DNA from: Thalassobaculaceae bacterium
Lineage (GTDB): Bacteria; Pseudomonadota; Alphaproteobacteria; Thalassobaculales; Thalassobaculaceae
Assembly: GCA_965228875.1 (NCBI GenBank)
Contig: OZ245843.1
Coordinates: 2,524,616-2,588,615, forward strand
Direction: 5' to 3'
DNA: 64,000 nucleotides
Part shown: in pieces, positions 36,763 to 45,926 of the stretch
Numbering within the stretch: the first letter of the stretch is position 1
Layout of the letters: every line of letters starts with the position of its first letter
The notes under the pieces: model-generated
The model's database searches: none
Told to the model about the DNA's origin: nothing
The model's input: only the letters and a program-made list of their open reading frames with translations
Program-made: the position numbers and the translations under genes

Positions 36763-37284
36763 CTACTCCGGCATCCGAGTCCCCTGGTGGAACACGAGGC
36801 GCCAGCCGGTCCCGGAACCCCGCGCTTCGCCGGTCCCGACACCGCGTCCTTCCCCGGTCCCGGCGCCACGCTCGCCCCCGGTTTCTCGCCCGGTTTCTCC
36901 CCCGGTTTCTCCCCCGGTTTCTCCCCTGGCCTCGCCCGCGCCGTCCCCCGCATCCCGGCGCCAGATCGAGCTGCGGCGGGTGCGGGTCGCCGCGATGGCG
37001 TAGGTCGCCAGCATCACGCCCGGCGCCAGTTGCCGCACCCGGAACTCGCTGACGCGCAGGGCCGGCCCGGCTGCCGTCTGGGTCCCCGCCTCCGCCGCCA
37101 GGCCGTCGAGGGTCGCCGCCCGGTCCCAGAGCCGGCCGGACTGGCCGATCTCGGTGAACTCGGGGTCGAGCAGGGCGTCGACGGCGGCGGGGTCGGCGCG
37201 CACCGCCGGGTCGAGCAGCCGCTCCTCGAGCGCGCGGATCCGGTCGCGAAGGTCGTCCCCGTGCCCGTGCCCGTCCTCTTTCAT
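36763..37284 (-). CDS. DUF4440 / NTF2-like protein with a G/E/T-rich repeat insertion
   Basis: LEERLL...LLDPEFTEIGQSGR...RRSSIWRR...WRLVFHQGT. Confidence 0.82.
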   Translation of the reverse strand: MKEDGHGHGDDLRDRIRALEERLLDPAVRADPAAVDALLDPEFTEIGQSGRLWDRAATLDGLAAEAGTQTAAGPALRVSEFRVRQLAPGVMLATYAIAATRTRRSSIWRRDAGDGAGEARGETGGETGGETGRETGGERGAGTGEGRGVGTGEARGSGTGWRLVFHQGTRMPE

Positions 37285-37349
37285 CGCCTCGCTCCCCGAC
37301 ACGTTCGGGCCACGTCGGGCCCGACAGGACGGGCCATCCGGCCGAACCG

Positions 37350-39083
37350 TCAGGCCACCCGGTCGCCCTTCTTCACCTGCACCGTGCGGTTGTCGACCGC
37401 CGGCAGCATCTTGGCCGGATCGCGGGTGACGACCACGTCGAGCACGGTCGGCCGGGTGGTCTCGGCCAGGGCCTTCTCCAGCGCCGGGGCGATCTGGTCC
37501 GGGGTCTCGACCCGGATGCCCTGGCAGCCGAAGGCGGAGACCACCTCGGCGTAGTTGGTCTCGGCCAGGTCCGAGGACTGGTAGTTGCCCTCGCCGTACA
37601 TCAGATGCTGCAGCGCCTTGACGTAGCCCGAGGCGGCGTTGTTCACGACGATCACGGTGAAGGCGAGGCCGAGGCGCCGGGCCGTCTCCAGCTCGCCCAG
37701 CACCATGTTGAAGCCGCCGTCCCCCGTCAGCGCCACCACCGGGCCGAGCCCGTCATGCTGCGCGGCCAGGGTCGCGCCGATGCCGCCCGGCACGCCGTAG
37801 CCGATCGAGGCGAAGCCCCGGTCGGGCACGAAGCCGCGGCCCGGCTGCTTGGTGTCGTAGACCAGCCCGCCCCAATGGGCGGCGAACCCGCCATCGGCGA
37901 CCAGCGTGGCGTCGGCCGGCAGCAGCCGGTTCAGCTCGTTCAGCAGGCGCGCCAGGTTGATCGGCGTGCTCTCGTCGTTCAGCCGCGCGGACACGCTGTC
38001 GCGCCACGCCGCCATGCGCTTCGGCACGTCCGCCGCCCAGCCCGCCGCCCGCTCCTTCAGGCCGCGTCCGGCGAGCGCGCCGCGCAGCTCGTCCAGGGTG
38101 GCCTTCACGTCGCCCCACAGGCTCAGCGCCGGCATCAGGGTGCGGCCCATCTCCTCGGCGACGATGTCCAGATGGATGACGGTCTTGCCCTTGGGCGGCA
38201 CGGTGTAGCGCTTGGTGGCGATCTCGCCGAGCTTGCAGCCGACCACGAACAGGACGTCGGCCTCCTCGATCAGTTTGTTCGCGATCCGGTCGTAGCGGCC
38301 GAACAGCCCCGCCGACAGCGGGTGCGAGCAGGCGACGGCGCCCTTGCCGGACATGGTGTGGGCGACCGGCATGTTGGTCGCCTCGGCGAAGGCGGTGACG
38401 CTCTCGGCGGCCCGGCTGATGTGCACGCCGCCGCCGCACAGCATCAGCGGCCGCTCCGCGCCGGCCAGCATGTCGACGGCGGTGTCCAGCGCGGTGGCGT
38501 CGGGGCGGACGCGCAGGGCGGGGGCGGCGCGGTGGATCGGATCGACGACGAACTCCTCCTCGTCGAACGGATAGGTCGCGTGGCAGATGTCCTCCGGCAC
38601 GTCGAGCACCACCGGGCCGGGCCGCCCGGAGGTGGCGACGGCGAAGGCGCGGCGCACCAGCTCGGGAATGCGCTCGATGTACTCGACCCGCAGCACCTCC
38701 TTCACCGCCGGGGCGAGAATGTCGAGCTGCTTCGACTCCTGGGTCATGTTCTTCCAGGAGTGCAGGCGGTGGCTGTCGCCGACGATAGCGACGATCGGCA
38801 CGCCGGCGTTCAGGCTCTCGACCAGCGCGGTGACCAGGTTGGTCGCCCCCGGGCCGAGGGTCGCGTCGACCACGCCGACCCGCCCGGTCACCTTGGCGTA
38901 GGCGTCGGCGGCGAAGGCGCCGCAGCGTTCATCGTTGATGAGGTAGTGCTTGAGGCCGAGGCGCCGGGCGGCGTCGTAGAACGGCAGGAGCTGAAACCCG
39001 CCCATGCCGAACATCGGGCCGGTCTCGAAGGCCTGAAGCATCCGTGCCAGCGCCTCGCCGCCGGTCATCTCGTTGGTCGTCAT
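37350..39083 (-). CDS. Thiamine pyrophosphate-binding protein (acetolactate synthase-like)
   Basis: DERCG, GPGATN, GRPGPV, GDGG..ELET..NN TPP motif. Confidence 0.93.
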   Translation of the reverse strand: MTTNEMTGGEALARMLQAFETGPMFGMGGFQLLPFYDAARRLGLKHYLINDERCGAFAADAYAKVTGRVGVVDATLGPGATNLVTALVESLNAGVPIVAIVGDSHRLHSWKNMTQESKQLDILAPAVKEVLRVEYIERIPELVRRAFAVATSGRPGPVVLDVPEDICHATYPFDEEEFVVDPIHRAAPALRVRPDATALDTAVDMLAGAERPLMLCGGGVHISRAAESVTAFAEATNMPVAHTMSGKGAVACSHPLSAGLFGRYDRIANKLIEEADVLFVVGCKLGEIATKRYTVPPKGKTVIHLDIVAEEMGRTLMPALSLWGDVKATLDELRGALAGRGLKERAAGWAADVPKRMAAWRDSVSARLNDESTPINLARLLNELNRLLPADATLVADGGFAAHWGGLVYDTKQPGRGFVPDRGFASIGYGVPGGIGATLAAQHDGLGPVVALTGDGGFNMVLGELETARRLGLAFTVIVVNNAASGYVKALQHLMYGEGNYQSSDLAETNYAEVVSAFGCQGIRVETPDQIAPALEKALAETTRPTVLDVVVTRDPAKMLPAVDNRTVQVKKGDRVA

Positions 39084-39100
39084 TCCTCAACCCTCTCAGT

Positions 39101-39246
39101 CGTCATCCGGCACTCGATTCAGGATTGAATCGCTGTCGTGGGGTCCGGGTCCCGGTCTCGCCCTTCGGGCAAACCGGGATGACGGAATGAGAAACCGACC
39201 CAACCTCGTCATCCCGGTTCGACCACGGGTCGGGACCGGGACCCAG
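39101..39246. repeat. Cluster of CGTC-type REP palindromes
   Basis: GGGTCCCGGT..ACCGGGATGACG and CGTCATCCCGGT..ACCGGGACCCAG. Confidence 0.75.
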
Positions 39247-39254
39247 CCAATCCG

Positions 39255-40226
39255 TCAGTTCTTCACCAGCCCCCGCGCGGTCTCGGCGATCATGGCCGCC
39301 GTCACCCGCACCGTGTCCTCCAGCGGCGGGGCGTAGGCGATGGGGACGCGCGGGGCGCCGAGGCGCTTCACCGGCGCCTTGAGCTCGCCGAACAGCACGT
39401 CCGACACCGTCGCCGCGATCTCGGCGCCGAAGCCGCCGGCCTGCACGCTCTCGTGGGCGACGATCAGCCTTCCGGTCCTGCGAACGCTGTCGAACACCCG
39501 CTCCTTGTCCCAGGGCCAGAGCGTGCGCAGGTCGATCAGCTCGACCGACACCCCCTCGCCGGCCAGTGTCTCGGCGGCGGCGGCGGCCTCGTGCACCGTC
39601 GCCGACCAGGAGACGATGGTCACGTCGTCCCCCTTGCGCACGAACCGGCAGCGCCCGATCGGCAGCGGGTCGTTGTTGTCGACCTCGCCCTCCAGCGCCC
39701 AGAGGTTCTTGTGCTCCATGTAGACGACCGGGTCGTCGCAGCGGATCGCGGATTTCAGCAGGCCGTAATTGTCGACCGGGCTGGAGGGACAGATCACGAC
39801 GAGGCCCGGAATATGGGTGTACCAGCTCTCCAGGCTCTGGGAGTGCTGGGCGGCGGACGAGCGCCACATGCCCATGGGCTCGCGCACCACGATCGGCACC
39901 TTGGCCTGGCCGCCGAACATGTAGCGGGCCTTGGCCGCCTGGTTGACCAGCTCGTCGACGGCGCAGAGCGCGAAGTCGGCGAAGCGCATCTCGACCACCG
40001 GCCGGGTGCCGGACAGGGCCGCACCCACCGCCACACCCATGATCGCGGCCTCGGAGATCGGCGCGTCGGAGATCCGGTCGGGGCCATAGATCTCCGGCAG
40101 GCCCTTGTACTGACCGAACACGCCGCCGCGGCGCAGATCCTCGCCCAGCGCCCAGACGGTGGAGTCGCGCTGCATCTCCTCGTGGAGCGCGTTCTTGGCG
40201 GCCTCGCCATAGGTCATCGTCACCAT
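39255..40226 (-). CDS. 2-oxoacid/acetoin dehydrogenase E1 beta subunit
   Basis: GEDL, DAPISE, RPVVEMRFADF, AQHSQS, ELIDLRTL.PWD. Confidence 0.93.
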   Translation of the reverse strand: MVTMTYGEAAKNALHEEMQRDSTVWALGEDLRRGGVFGQYKGLPEIYGPDRISDAPISEAAIMGVAVGAALSGTRPVVEMRFADFALCAVDELVNQAAKARYMFGGQAKVPIVVREPMGMWRSSAAQHSQSLESWYTHIPGLVVICPSSPVDNYGLLKSAIRCDDPVVYMEHKNLWALEGEVDNNDPLPIGRCRFVRKGDDVTIVSWSATVHEAAAAAETLAGEGVSVELIDLRTLWPWDKERVFDSVRRTGRLIVAHESVQAGGFGAEIAATVSDVLFGELKAPVKRLGAPRVPIAYAPPLEDTVRVTAAMIAETARGLVKN

Positions 40227-40238
40227 CGCCCGGCCTCC

Positions 40239-41273
40239 TCAGTACGCGTCCGAACCGCGGGGGTCGCCCCCACTAGGATCACCAATATCCTGGACATCGG
40301 CGAAGGCGCGGTCCAGCGGCGGCCAGGGAGCCGCCTTGGCGTCGTCGTAGACCGCGTCCATCTCCTCGATGGCGTCGCGCTCGTGGGCGGCGAGCTGGTC
40401 GCCGCGCACCCCGGCATCGGCCAGGGTCTGGGCCAGACGGGTGATCGGGCAGCGCCGCCAGGCGGCGGCCACGTCGTCGCGGGCACGGTAGCCGTCGGGA
40501 TCGGCGGCGGTGTGGCCGGTCAGGCGGTAGGTCTTGGCGTTGACGAAGCGCGGACCGCCGCCGGCGCGGATCGCCGCCACCGCGTCGCGCACCGCCTCGT
40601 CCAGGGCGACCACGTCGTTGCCGTCGACCTCGATGGCCGGAATGCCGATCGCCTCGGCGCGGGCGGCGGGGCCGGGGCCGGCGGTCATGTCGGCGGTGCG
40701 GGTGGTCGAGGCGTAGCCGTTGTCCTCGCACACGAACAGGGCCGGGAGGTCAAAGACCTTGGCCCAGTTCAGCCCCTCCAGGAACGGCCCCCGGTTGATC
40801 GCGCCGTCGCCGAAGATCGAGCAGGCGACCCGGTCCTCGCCGCGCATCCGGATGGCGTGCGCAGCGCCGGCGGTGATGTGGATGTTGGCGGCGACCACGC
40901 CGTTGGCGCCGAGCATGCCGACGGAGAAGTCGGCGATGTGCATGGACCCGCCCTTGCCGTGGCTGGTCCCGCCCTCGCGGCCCAAGAGCTCGCGCATCAT
41001 CGCCTTGGCGTCGGCGCCCTTGGCCAGCGTGTGGCCGTGGCCCCGGTGGGTGGAGGCGAGGATGTCGTCGCTGCGCAGGTTGGAGCAGACGCCGACGGCG
41101 ATGCCCTCCTGGCCGATCGACGGATGGATGGCGCCCAGCACCAGCTTCTCGGTATTGGCGCGCAGGGCCGCCTCCTCGAAGGCGCGGATCCGCCACATCA
41201 TCCTGTGATGGGCCAGCAGGCGGTCGAGATCGAGGTTGCGCCCGTCGCTGGACGCCTGTGGTTCGGCGGTCAA
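40239..41273 (-). CDS. 2-oxoacid/acetoin dehydrogenase E1 alpha subunit
   Basis: IRAFEE, GQEG, THRGHGH, GKGGSMH, FGDGA..N TPP motif, YRLTGH; TTG start with GGAGGA RBS. Confidence 0.93.
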   Translation of the reverse strand: MTAEPQASSDGRNLDLDRLLAHHRMMWRIRAFEEAALRANTEKLVLGAIHPSIGQEGIAVGVCSNLRSDDILASTHRGHGHTLAKGADAKAMMRELLGREGGTSHGKGGSMHIADFSVGMLGANGVVAANIHITAGAAHAIRMRGEDRVACSIFGDGAINRGPFLEGLNWAKVFDLPALFVCEDNGYASTTRTADMTAGPGPAARAEAIGIPAIEVDGNDVVALDEAVRDAVAAIRAGGGPRFVNAKTYRLTGHTAADPDGYRARDDVAAAWRRCPITRLAQTLADAGVRGDQLAAHERDAIEEMDAVYDDAKAAPWPPLDRAFADVQDIGDPSGGDPRGSDAY

Positions 41274-41365
41274 GGAAGTCCTCCCGGGTAGGCCCCGGTC
41301 TTGGACGCCGGGTGGCGAAACCTTAGAGAGCGGCGCTACGGGGGGTCAAGACGGGCTATCGCGAG

Positions 41366-41548
41366 ATCGCGTTGTACTTCCTGCACTACAATTTCTGCCG
41401 CATCCACAAGACGCTGAAGATGTCCCCGGCTATGGCCGCTGGTGTGACCGATACCCTGCGGGACGTGGGGTGGATCGTGTCATTGATCGATGCGCGGGCA
41501 CCGAAGCCGCGGCCGCGTGGGTCTTACAAGAAGCGGCAAGCCGACTAA
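41366..41548 (+). pseudogene. C-terminal remnant of an IS1-family transposase
   Basis: Not in the ORF track; translates IALYFLHYNFCRIHKTLKMSPAMAAGVTDTL...PKPRPRGSYKKRQAD*, with no start codon or DDE core. Confidence 0.8.
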
Positions 41549-41633
41549 CTGATTGAGTTTACCGTCGTTTTTAATAAATAATTGAATCATATGAGTTTTG
41601 TGCGTACATATTGTCGAGGAAGGAGGCAATCTC

Positions 41634-42068
41634 ATGCCCTCGGCACGCGACGTTGCACAGTACATTTTGGAGAATCGTGGTCCGATGACGACCATGAAAC
41701 TTCAGAAGCTCGTCTATTACACTCAGGCGTGGTCAATCGTCTGGGACGACAATGTGCTGTTTGATGATCCCATTGAAGCGTGGAAGAACGGACCCGTCGT
41801 AAGAGACCTTTGGGAGTCATCGCGGGGCCAGTTTCGCGTGGCAGAGATTCCTAATAGCGACACCAGTAGGCTGAGTCCTGAGCAGCGGGATACCGTTGAT
41901 CGCGTTCTAGAATTCTACGGCGCAAAAGATGCTCAGTGGTTGAGCGATCTCACTCATATGGAAGATCCTTGGAAGGACGCGTATAAGAGGGGTCAGAACT
42001 CCGAGATCAGCTTAGAGTTGATGTCTGAGTTCTATTCGAGCATTGAGCCTCAGGCCGTCGCGCAGTGA
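41634..42068 (+). CDS. Panacea-domain (SocA/DUF4065) antitoxin
   Basis: MKLQKLVYY.Q, IEAW.NGPVV, LSDLTH.E.PW; AGGAGG RBS. Confidence 0.9.
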   Translation: MPSARDVAQYILENRGPMTTMKLQKLVYYTQAWSIVWDDNVLFDDPIEAWKNGPVVRDLWESSRGQFRVAEIPNSDTSRLSPEQRDTVDRVLEFYGAKDAQWLSDLTHMEDPWKDAYKRGQNSEISLELMSEFYSSIEPQAVAQ

Positions 42069-42564
42069 AGCCCGCCTAAAGCGGGATGCCGAGAAGAAGC
42101 TTCAACAGGAAGCAAAGTCTGCGCGTCTGAGGGAAAGGCCAGTTCCGGAAAAGCAGGTGCGTATTGGCGCCGACCCCGGGTCGATATTTCACATGTCGAT
42201 GACATGGAGCTGTGAGAATCCAGATGTCGACGACGTTTGGTCATGGGGAGTGGCTAGGCAGTGGTCGGATGAAGATTGGACTTCGGTTATCGAGCCAAAA
42301 CTTCAAGAATTCTCGAAGCTGACTTGGGCCGAGATTGATGGTTTTTCATCGGATTCCGGTCATAAAATGCATCACAACATGGATACCGACCAGATTTGCG
42401 ACGAAGCGCAATTGCGGCTTATCGATATTGAGCGTTACGAGGATGTGATCTTCAGATTTCGCTTAGGAAATAAGCGACGGGTTTGGGGATATCGTGTGGT
42501 CGGAGATTTCCAGATTCTCTGGTTTGACCCAACCCACCAGATTTATCCGACCGACCCCGACTGA
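42043..42564 (+). CDS. Putative toxin partner of Panacea (possible RelE-like fold)
   Basis: Overlaps the antitoxin; C-terminal FRFRLGNKRRVWGYR...ILWFDPTH.IYP. Confidence 0.7.
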   Translation: MSLRPSRSEARLKRDAEKKLQQEAKSARLRERPVPEKQVRIGADPGSIFHMSMTWSCENPDVDDVWSWGVARQWSDEDWTSVIEPKLQEFSKLTWAEIDGFSSDSGHKMHHNMDTDQICDEAQLRLIDIERYEDVIFRFRLGNKRRVWGYRVVGDFQILWFDPTHQIYPTDPD

Positions 42565-42598
42565 ATTTCAAACTGAGACACCACCAATCGCGACCGGT

Positions 42599-43618
42599 TC
42601 AGGCGTGGTCGAGCCCGAACGCCTCGAGGATGCGGGTCGCCGCCACCGCCGGGGTGGTCCCGCCCTCGGACACCGCCGCCTCCAGGACCGGCACCAGGCC
42701 GCGGACCTCGGGATGCTCCTCCAGCGCGCCGATCAGGCGGTCGCGCACCATCGCCCACATCCAGCGCACCTGCTGGCCGGCGCGCTTGCGCTCGAACGAG
42801 CCGGCCGCCTCCAGCACCCGGCGATGCTCCTCCACCGTGCCCCAGACCTCGTCGATGCCCTGCCGGATCAGGGCGGAGCAGGTCAGCACCCGCGGCGACC
42901 AGTCGGGGTCGGCCTGCTGCAGGATGTGCAGCGCGCCCTTGTACTCGCGCGCCGCCCGCCGGGCGCGGTCCTTGTTGTCGCCATCCGCCTTGTTGATGAC
43001 CAGCAGGTCGGCGATCTCCAGGATGCCCTTCTTGATGCCCTGCAGCTCGTCGCCGGCGCCCGGCAGCATCAGCACCATGAAGATGTCGACCATGTCGGCG
43101 ACGGTGACCTCGCTCTGGCCGACGCCGACGGTCTCCACCAGCACCACGTCGAAGCCGGCGGCCTCGACCACCACCATGCTCTCCCGCGTCGCCCGCGCCA
43201 CGCCCCCCAGCGTGCCGGCCGACGGCGACGGGCGGATGAAGGCGCCCGGATCCTGGCCCAGATCGGTCATCCGGGTCTTGTCGCCCAGGATCGAGCCCCC
43301 GGACCGGCCGCTGGTCGGGTCGACGGCGAGCACGGCGACCTTGTGGCCGGTGCCGGTCAGGTGGGTCCCCAGCGCCTCGATGAAGGTCGACTTGCCGACC
43401 CCCGGCACGCCGGTGATGCCGACCCGATGCGCCTTGCCCGCATGGGGCAGCAGGCGGACCAGCATCTCCTGGGCCAGTTCCCGGTGGGCCGGCTTGCGGC
43501 TCTCCACCAGGGTGATGGCGCGGGCCACCACCGCCCGCTCGCCGACCAGCACGCCGTCCACATACTCATCGACCGACAGCGAGCGGCGGCGGGGCTGGGG
43601 GGCCGGGACGTCTGTCAT
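42599..43618 (-). CDS. meaB: Methylmalonyl-CoA mutase-associated GTPase
   Basis: GITGVPGVGKST, AVDP.S..SGGSILGDKTRM, ETVGVGQSE, NKAD. Confidence 0.96.
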   Translation of the reverse strand: MTDVPAPQPRRRSLSVDEYVDGVLVGERAVVARAITLVESRKPAHRELAQEMLVRLLPHAGKAHRVGITGVPGVGKSTFIEALGTHLTGTGHKVAVLAVDPTSGRSGGSILGDKTRMTDLGQDPGAFIRPSPSAGTLGGVARATRESMVVVEAAGFDVVLVETVGVGQSEVTVADMVDIFMVLMLPGAGDELQGIKKGILEIADLLVINKADGDNKDRARRAAREYKGALHILQQADPDWSPRVLTCSALIRQGIDEVWGTVEEHRRVLEAAGSFERKRAGQQVRWMWAMVRDRLIGALEEHPEVRGLVPVLEAAVSEGGTTPAVAATRILEAFGLDHA

Positions 43619-43646
43619 GGGGTCCTCAAGGAAAACAATCTATCTT

Positions 43647-43744
43647 CACTCCCCGGATTCAGTCCGGGGCCTACCCATCGGTACGCACGATCGTTGACGA
43701 TGAGCCACGCCGAACGGTAGGCCCCGGACTGAATCCGGGGAGTG
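43647..43744. repeat. REP doublet with a perfect 29-bp inverted repeat
   Basis: CACTCCCCGGATTCAGTCCGGGGCCTACC (43647-43675) and its exact reverse complement (43716-43744). Confidence 0.9.
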
Positions 43745-43772
43745 TGCGTGGGGGAGGATGTTTAAGTGCCCC

Positions 43773-45926
43773 CTACGCCGCCCGGGTTTCGTCGCCGAAG
43801 GTGTCGAGCAGCTTCTTCAGCAGGTCCACCGCCGCCTCGGCGATGACCGTGCCCGGCGGGAAGATCGCCGCCGCCCCCGCCTCGAGCAGGGCGTCGTAGT
43901 CCTGCGGCGGGACGACGCCGCCGACCACCACCATGATGTCCTCGCGCCCGAGCTTGGCCAGTTCCTCGCGCAGTTCCGGCACCAGGGTCAGGTGCCCCGC
44001 CGCCAGCGACGAGGCGCCGACCACGTGGACGTCGTTCTCCACCGCCTGGCGCGCCGCCTCGGCCGGGGTCTGGAACAGCGGGCCGATATCCACGTCGAAG
44101 CCGAGATCGGCGAAGGCCGTGGCGATCACCTTCTGGCCGCGGTCATGGCCGTCCTGCCCCATCTTGGCGATGAGGATGCGCGGGCGGCGCCCCTCCTGAT
44201 CCTCGAACTCGCCGACGAGCTGCCTGACCTGGTTCACCACGCCGCTCTCCCCGATCTCCTTGGAATAGACGCCCGAGATCGCCTTGACCTCGGCGACGTG
44301 CCGGCCCCAGACCTTCTCCAGCGCAAGCGAGATCTCGCCGACCGTGGCGCGGGCTCGGGCGGCGTCCACGGCGAGCGCCAGCACGTTGCCCTCGCCGGTC
44401 TCCGCCGACTTCGTCAGGGCCGCCAGAGTCGCATCCACCTGGGTCTGGTCCCGGTTGGCCCGCAGTCGGGCCAGCTTATCGAGCTGATCCTTGCGCACCC
44501 GCGCGTTGTCGACCTTCAGGATCTCGATGTTGTCCGGCTCGTCGATGCGGTGCTTGTTGACGCCGACGATGGTCTGGCGGCCGGCGTCGATGCGCGCCTG
44601 GGTGCGGGCCGCCGCCTCCTCGATCCGCATCTTCGGGATGCCGGCCTCGATCGCCTTGGCCATGCCGCCGTAGCTCTCGACCTCCTGGATGTGCGCCCAG
44701 GCCTTCTCCGCCAGATCGCGGGTCAGCCGCTCCACGTAGTAGGAGCCGCCCCAGGGGTCGATCACGCGGGTCGTGCCGGTCTCCTGCTGGATCAGCAACT
44801 GCGTGTTGCGGGCGATGCGGGCCGAGAAGTCGGTCGGCAGGGCCAGCGCCTCGTCCAGCGCGTTGGTGTGAAGCGACTGGGTGTGACCGTGGGTGGCGGC
44901 GAGCGCCTCCACGCAGGTGCGGGTGACGTTGTTGAACACGTCCTGCGCCGTCAGCGACCAGCCGGAGGTCTGGCAGTGGGTGCGCAGCGACAGCGACTTG
45001 TCCGACTTCGCCCCGAACTGCTTCACCAGCTTGGCCCAGAGCAGGCGGGCCGCCCGCATCTTGGCGACCTCCATGAAGAAGTTCATGCCGATCGCCCAGA
45101 AGAACGACAGGCGCGGCGCGAAGCGGTCGACGTCGAGGCCCGCGTCCATGCCGGCGCGGATATACTGCACCCCGTCGGCCAGGGTGTAGGCGAGTTCCAG
45201 GTCCGCCGTCGCTCCCGCCTCCTGCATGTGATAGCCGGAGATCGAGATCGAGTTGAACTTCGGCATCTTCTCGGAAGTGAAGGCGAAGATGTCGGAGATG
45301 ATCCGCATGGAGGGGATCGGCGGGTAGATGTAGGTGTTGCGGACCATGAACTCCTTGAGGATGTCGTTCTGGATGGTCCCGCTGAGCTTCTCCGGCGCCA
45401 CCCCCTGCTCCTCGGCGGCGAGGATGTAGAGCGCCATCACCGGCAGCACGGCCCCGTTCATGGTCATCGACACGCTCATCTCGTCGAGCGGGATGCCGCT
45501 GAACAGGGTCTCCATGTCGAGGATGCTGTCGATCGCCACTCCGGCCATGCCGACATCGCCGGCGACGCGCGGATGGTCGCTGTCGTAGCCGCGGTGGGTG
45601 GCCAGATCGAAGGCGATGGAGAGGCCCTTCTGCCCGGCCGCCAGGTTTCGGCGGTAGAAGGCGTTGCTCTCCTCGGCGGTGGAGAACCCGGCGTACTGGC
45701 GGATCGTCCACGGCTTGGTGACGTACATGGTCGGGTACGGACCGCGCAGGAACGGCGGAATGCCGGGCCAGGTGTTCAGGTGGTCCAGCCCCTCAAGATC
45801 CTCCGCCGTGTAGAACGGCTTCACCGCGATGCCTTCCGGCGTCGTCCAGGGTTCGGCTCCGGCCGGGGCTCCGGCGGCGGCGCCACGGCCCAGATCCACA
45901 CGGGCGAAATCGGGTATCCGGGTCAT
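43773..45926 (-). CDS. scpA: Methylmalonyl-CoA mutase, catalytic (large) subunit
   Basis: [33 protein letters not shown]12-binding motif. Confidence 0.97.
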   Translation of the reverse strand: MTRIPDFARVDLGRGAAAGAPAGAEPWTTPEGIAVKPFYTAEDLEGLDHLNTWPGIPPFLRGPYPTMYVTKPWTIRQYAGFSTAEESNAFYRRNLAAGQKGLSIAFDLATHRGYDSDHPRVAGDVGMAGVAIDSILDMETLFSGIPLDEMSVSMTMNGAVLPVMALYILAAEEQGVAPEKLSGTIQNDILKEFMVRNTYIYPPIPSMRIISDIFAFTSEKMPKFNSISISGYHMQEAGATADLELAYTLADGVQYIRAGMDAGLDVDRFAPRLSFFWAIGMNFFMEVAKMRAARLLWAKLVKQFGAKSDKSLSLRTHCQTSGWSLTAQDVFNNVTRTCVEALAATHGHTQSLHTNALDEALALPTDFSARIARNTQLLIQQETGTTRVIDPWGGSYYVERLTRDLAEKAWAHIQEVESYGGMAKAIEAGIPKMRIEEAAARTQARIDAGRQTIVGVNKHRIDEPDNIEILKVDNARVRKDQLDKLARLRANRDQTQVDATLAALTKSAETGEGNVLALAVDAARARATVGEISLALEKVWGRHVAEVKAISGVYSKEIGESGVVNQVRQLVGEFEDQEGRRPRILIAKMGQDGHDRGQKVIATAFADLGFDVDIGPLFQTPAEAARQAVENDVHVVGASSLAAGHLTLVPELREELAKLGREDIMVVVGGVVPPQDYDALLEAGAAAIFPPGTVIAEAAVDLLKKLLDTFGDETRAA

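Larger units (their letters stand above)
41366..42585 (+). mobile_element. 5'-truncated IS1-family element carrying passenger TA genes
   Basis: Transposase tail, two passenger genes, then terminal sequence ATTTCAAACTGAGACACCACC (42565-42585) where GC content returns to the host level. Confidence 0.7.
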
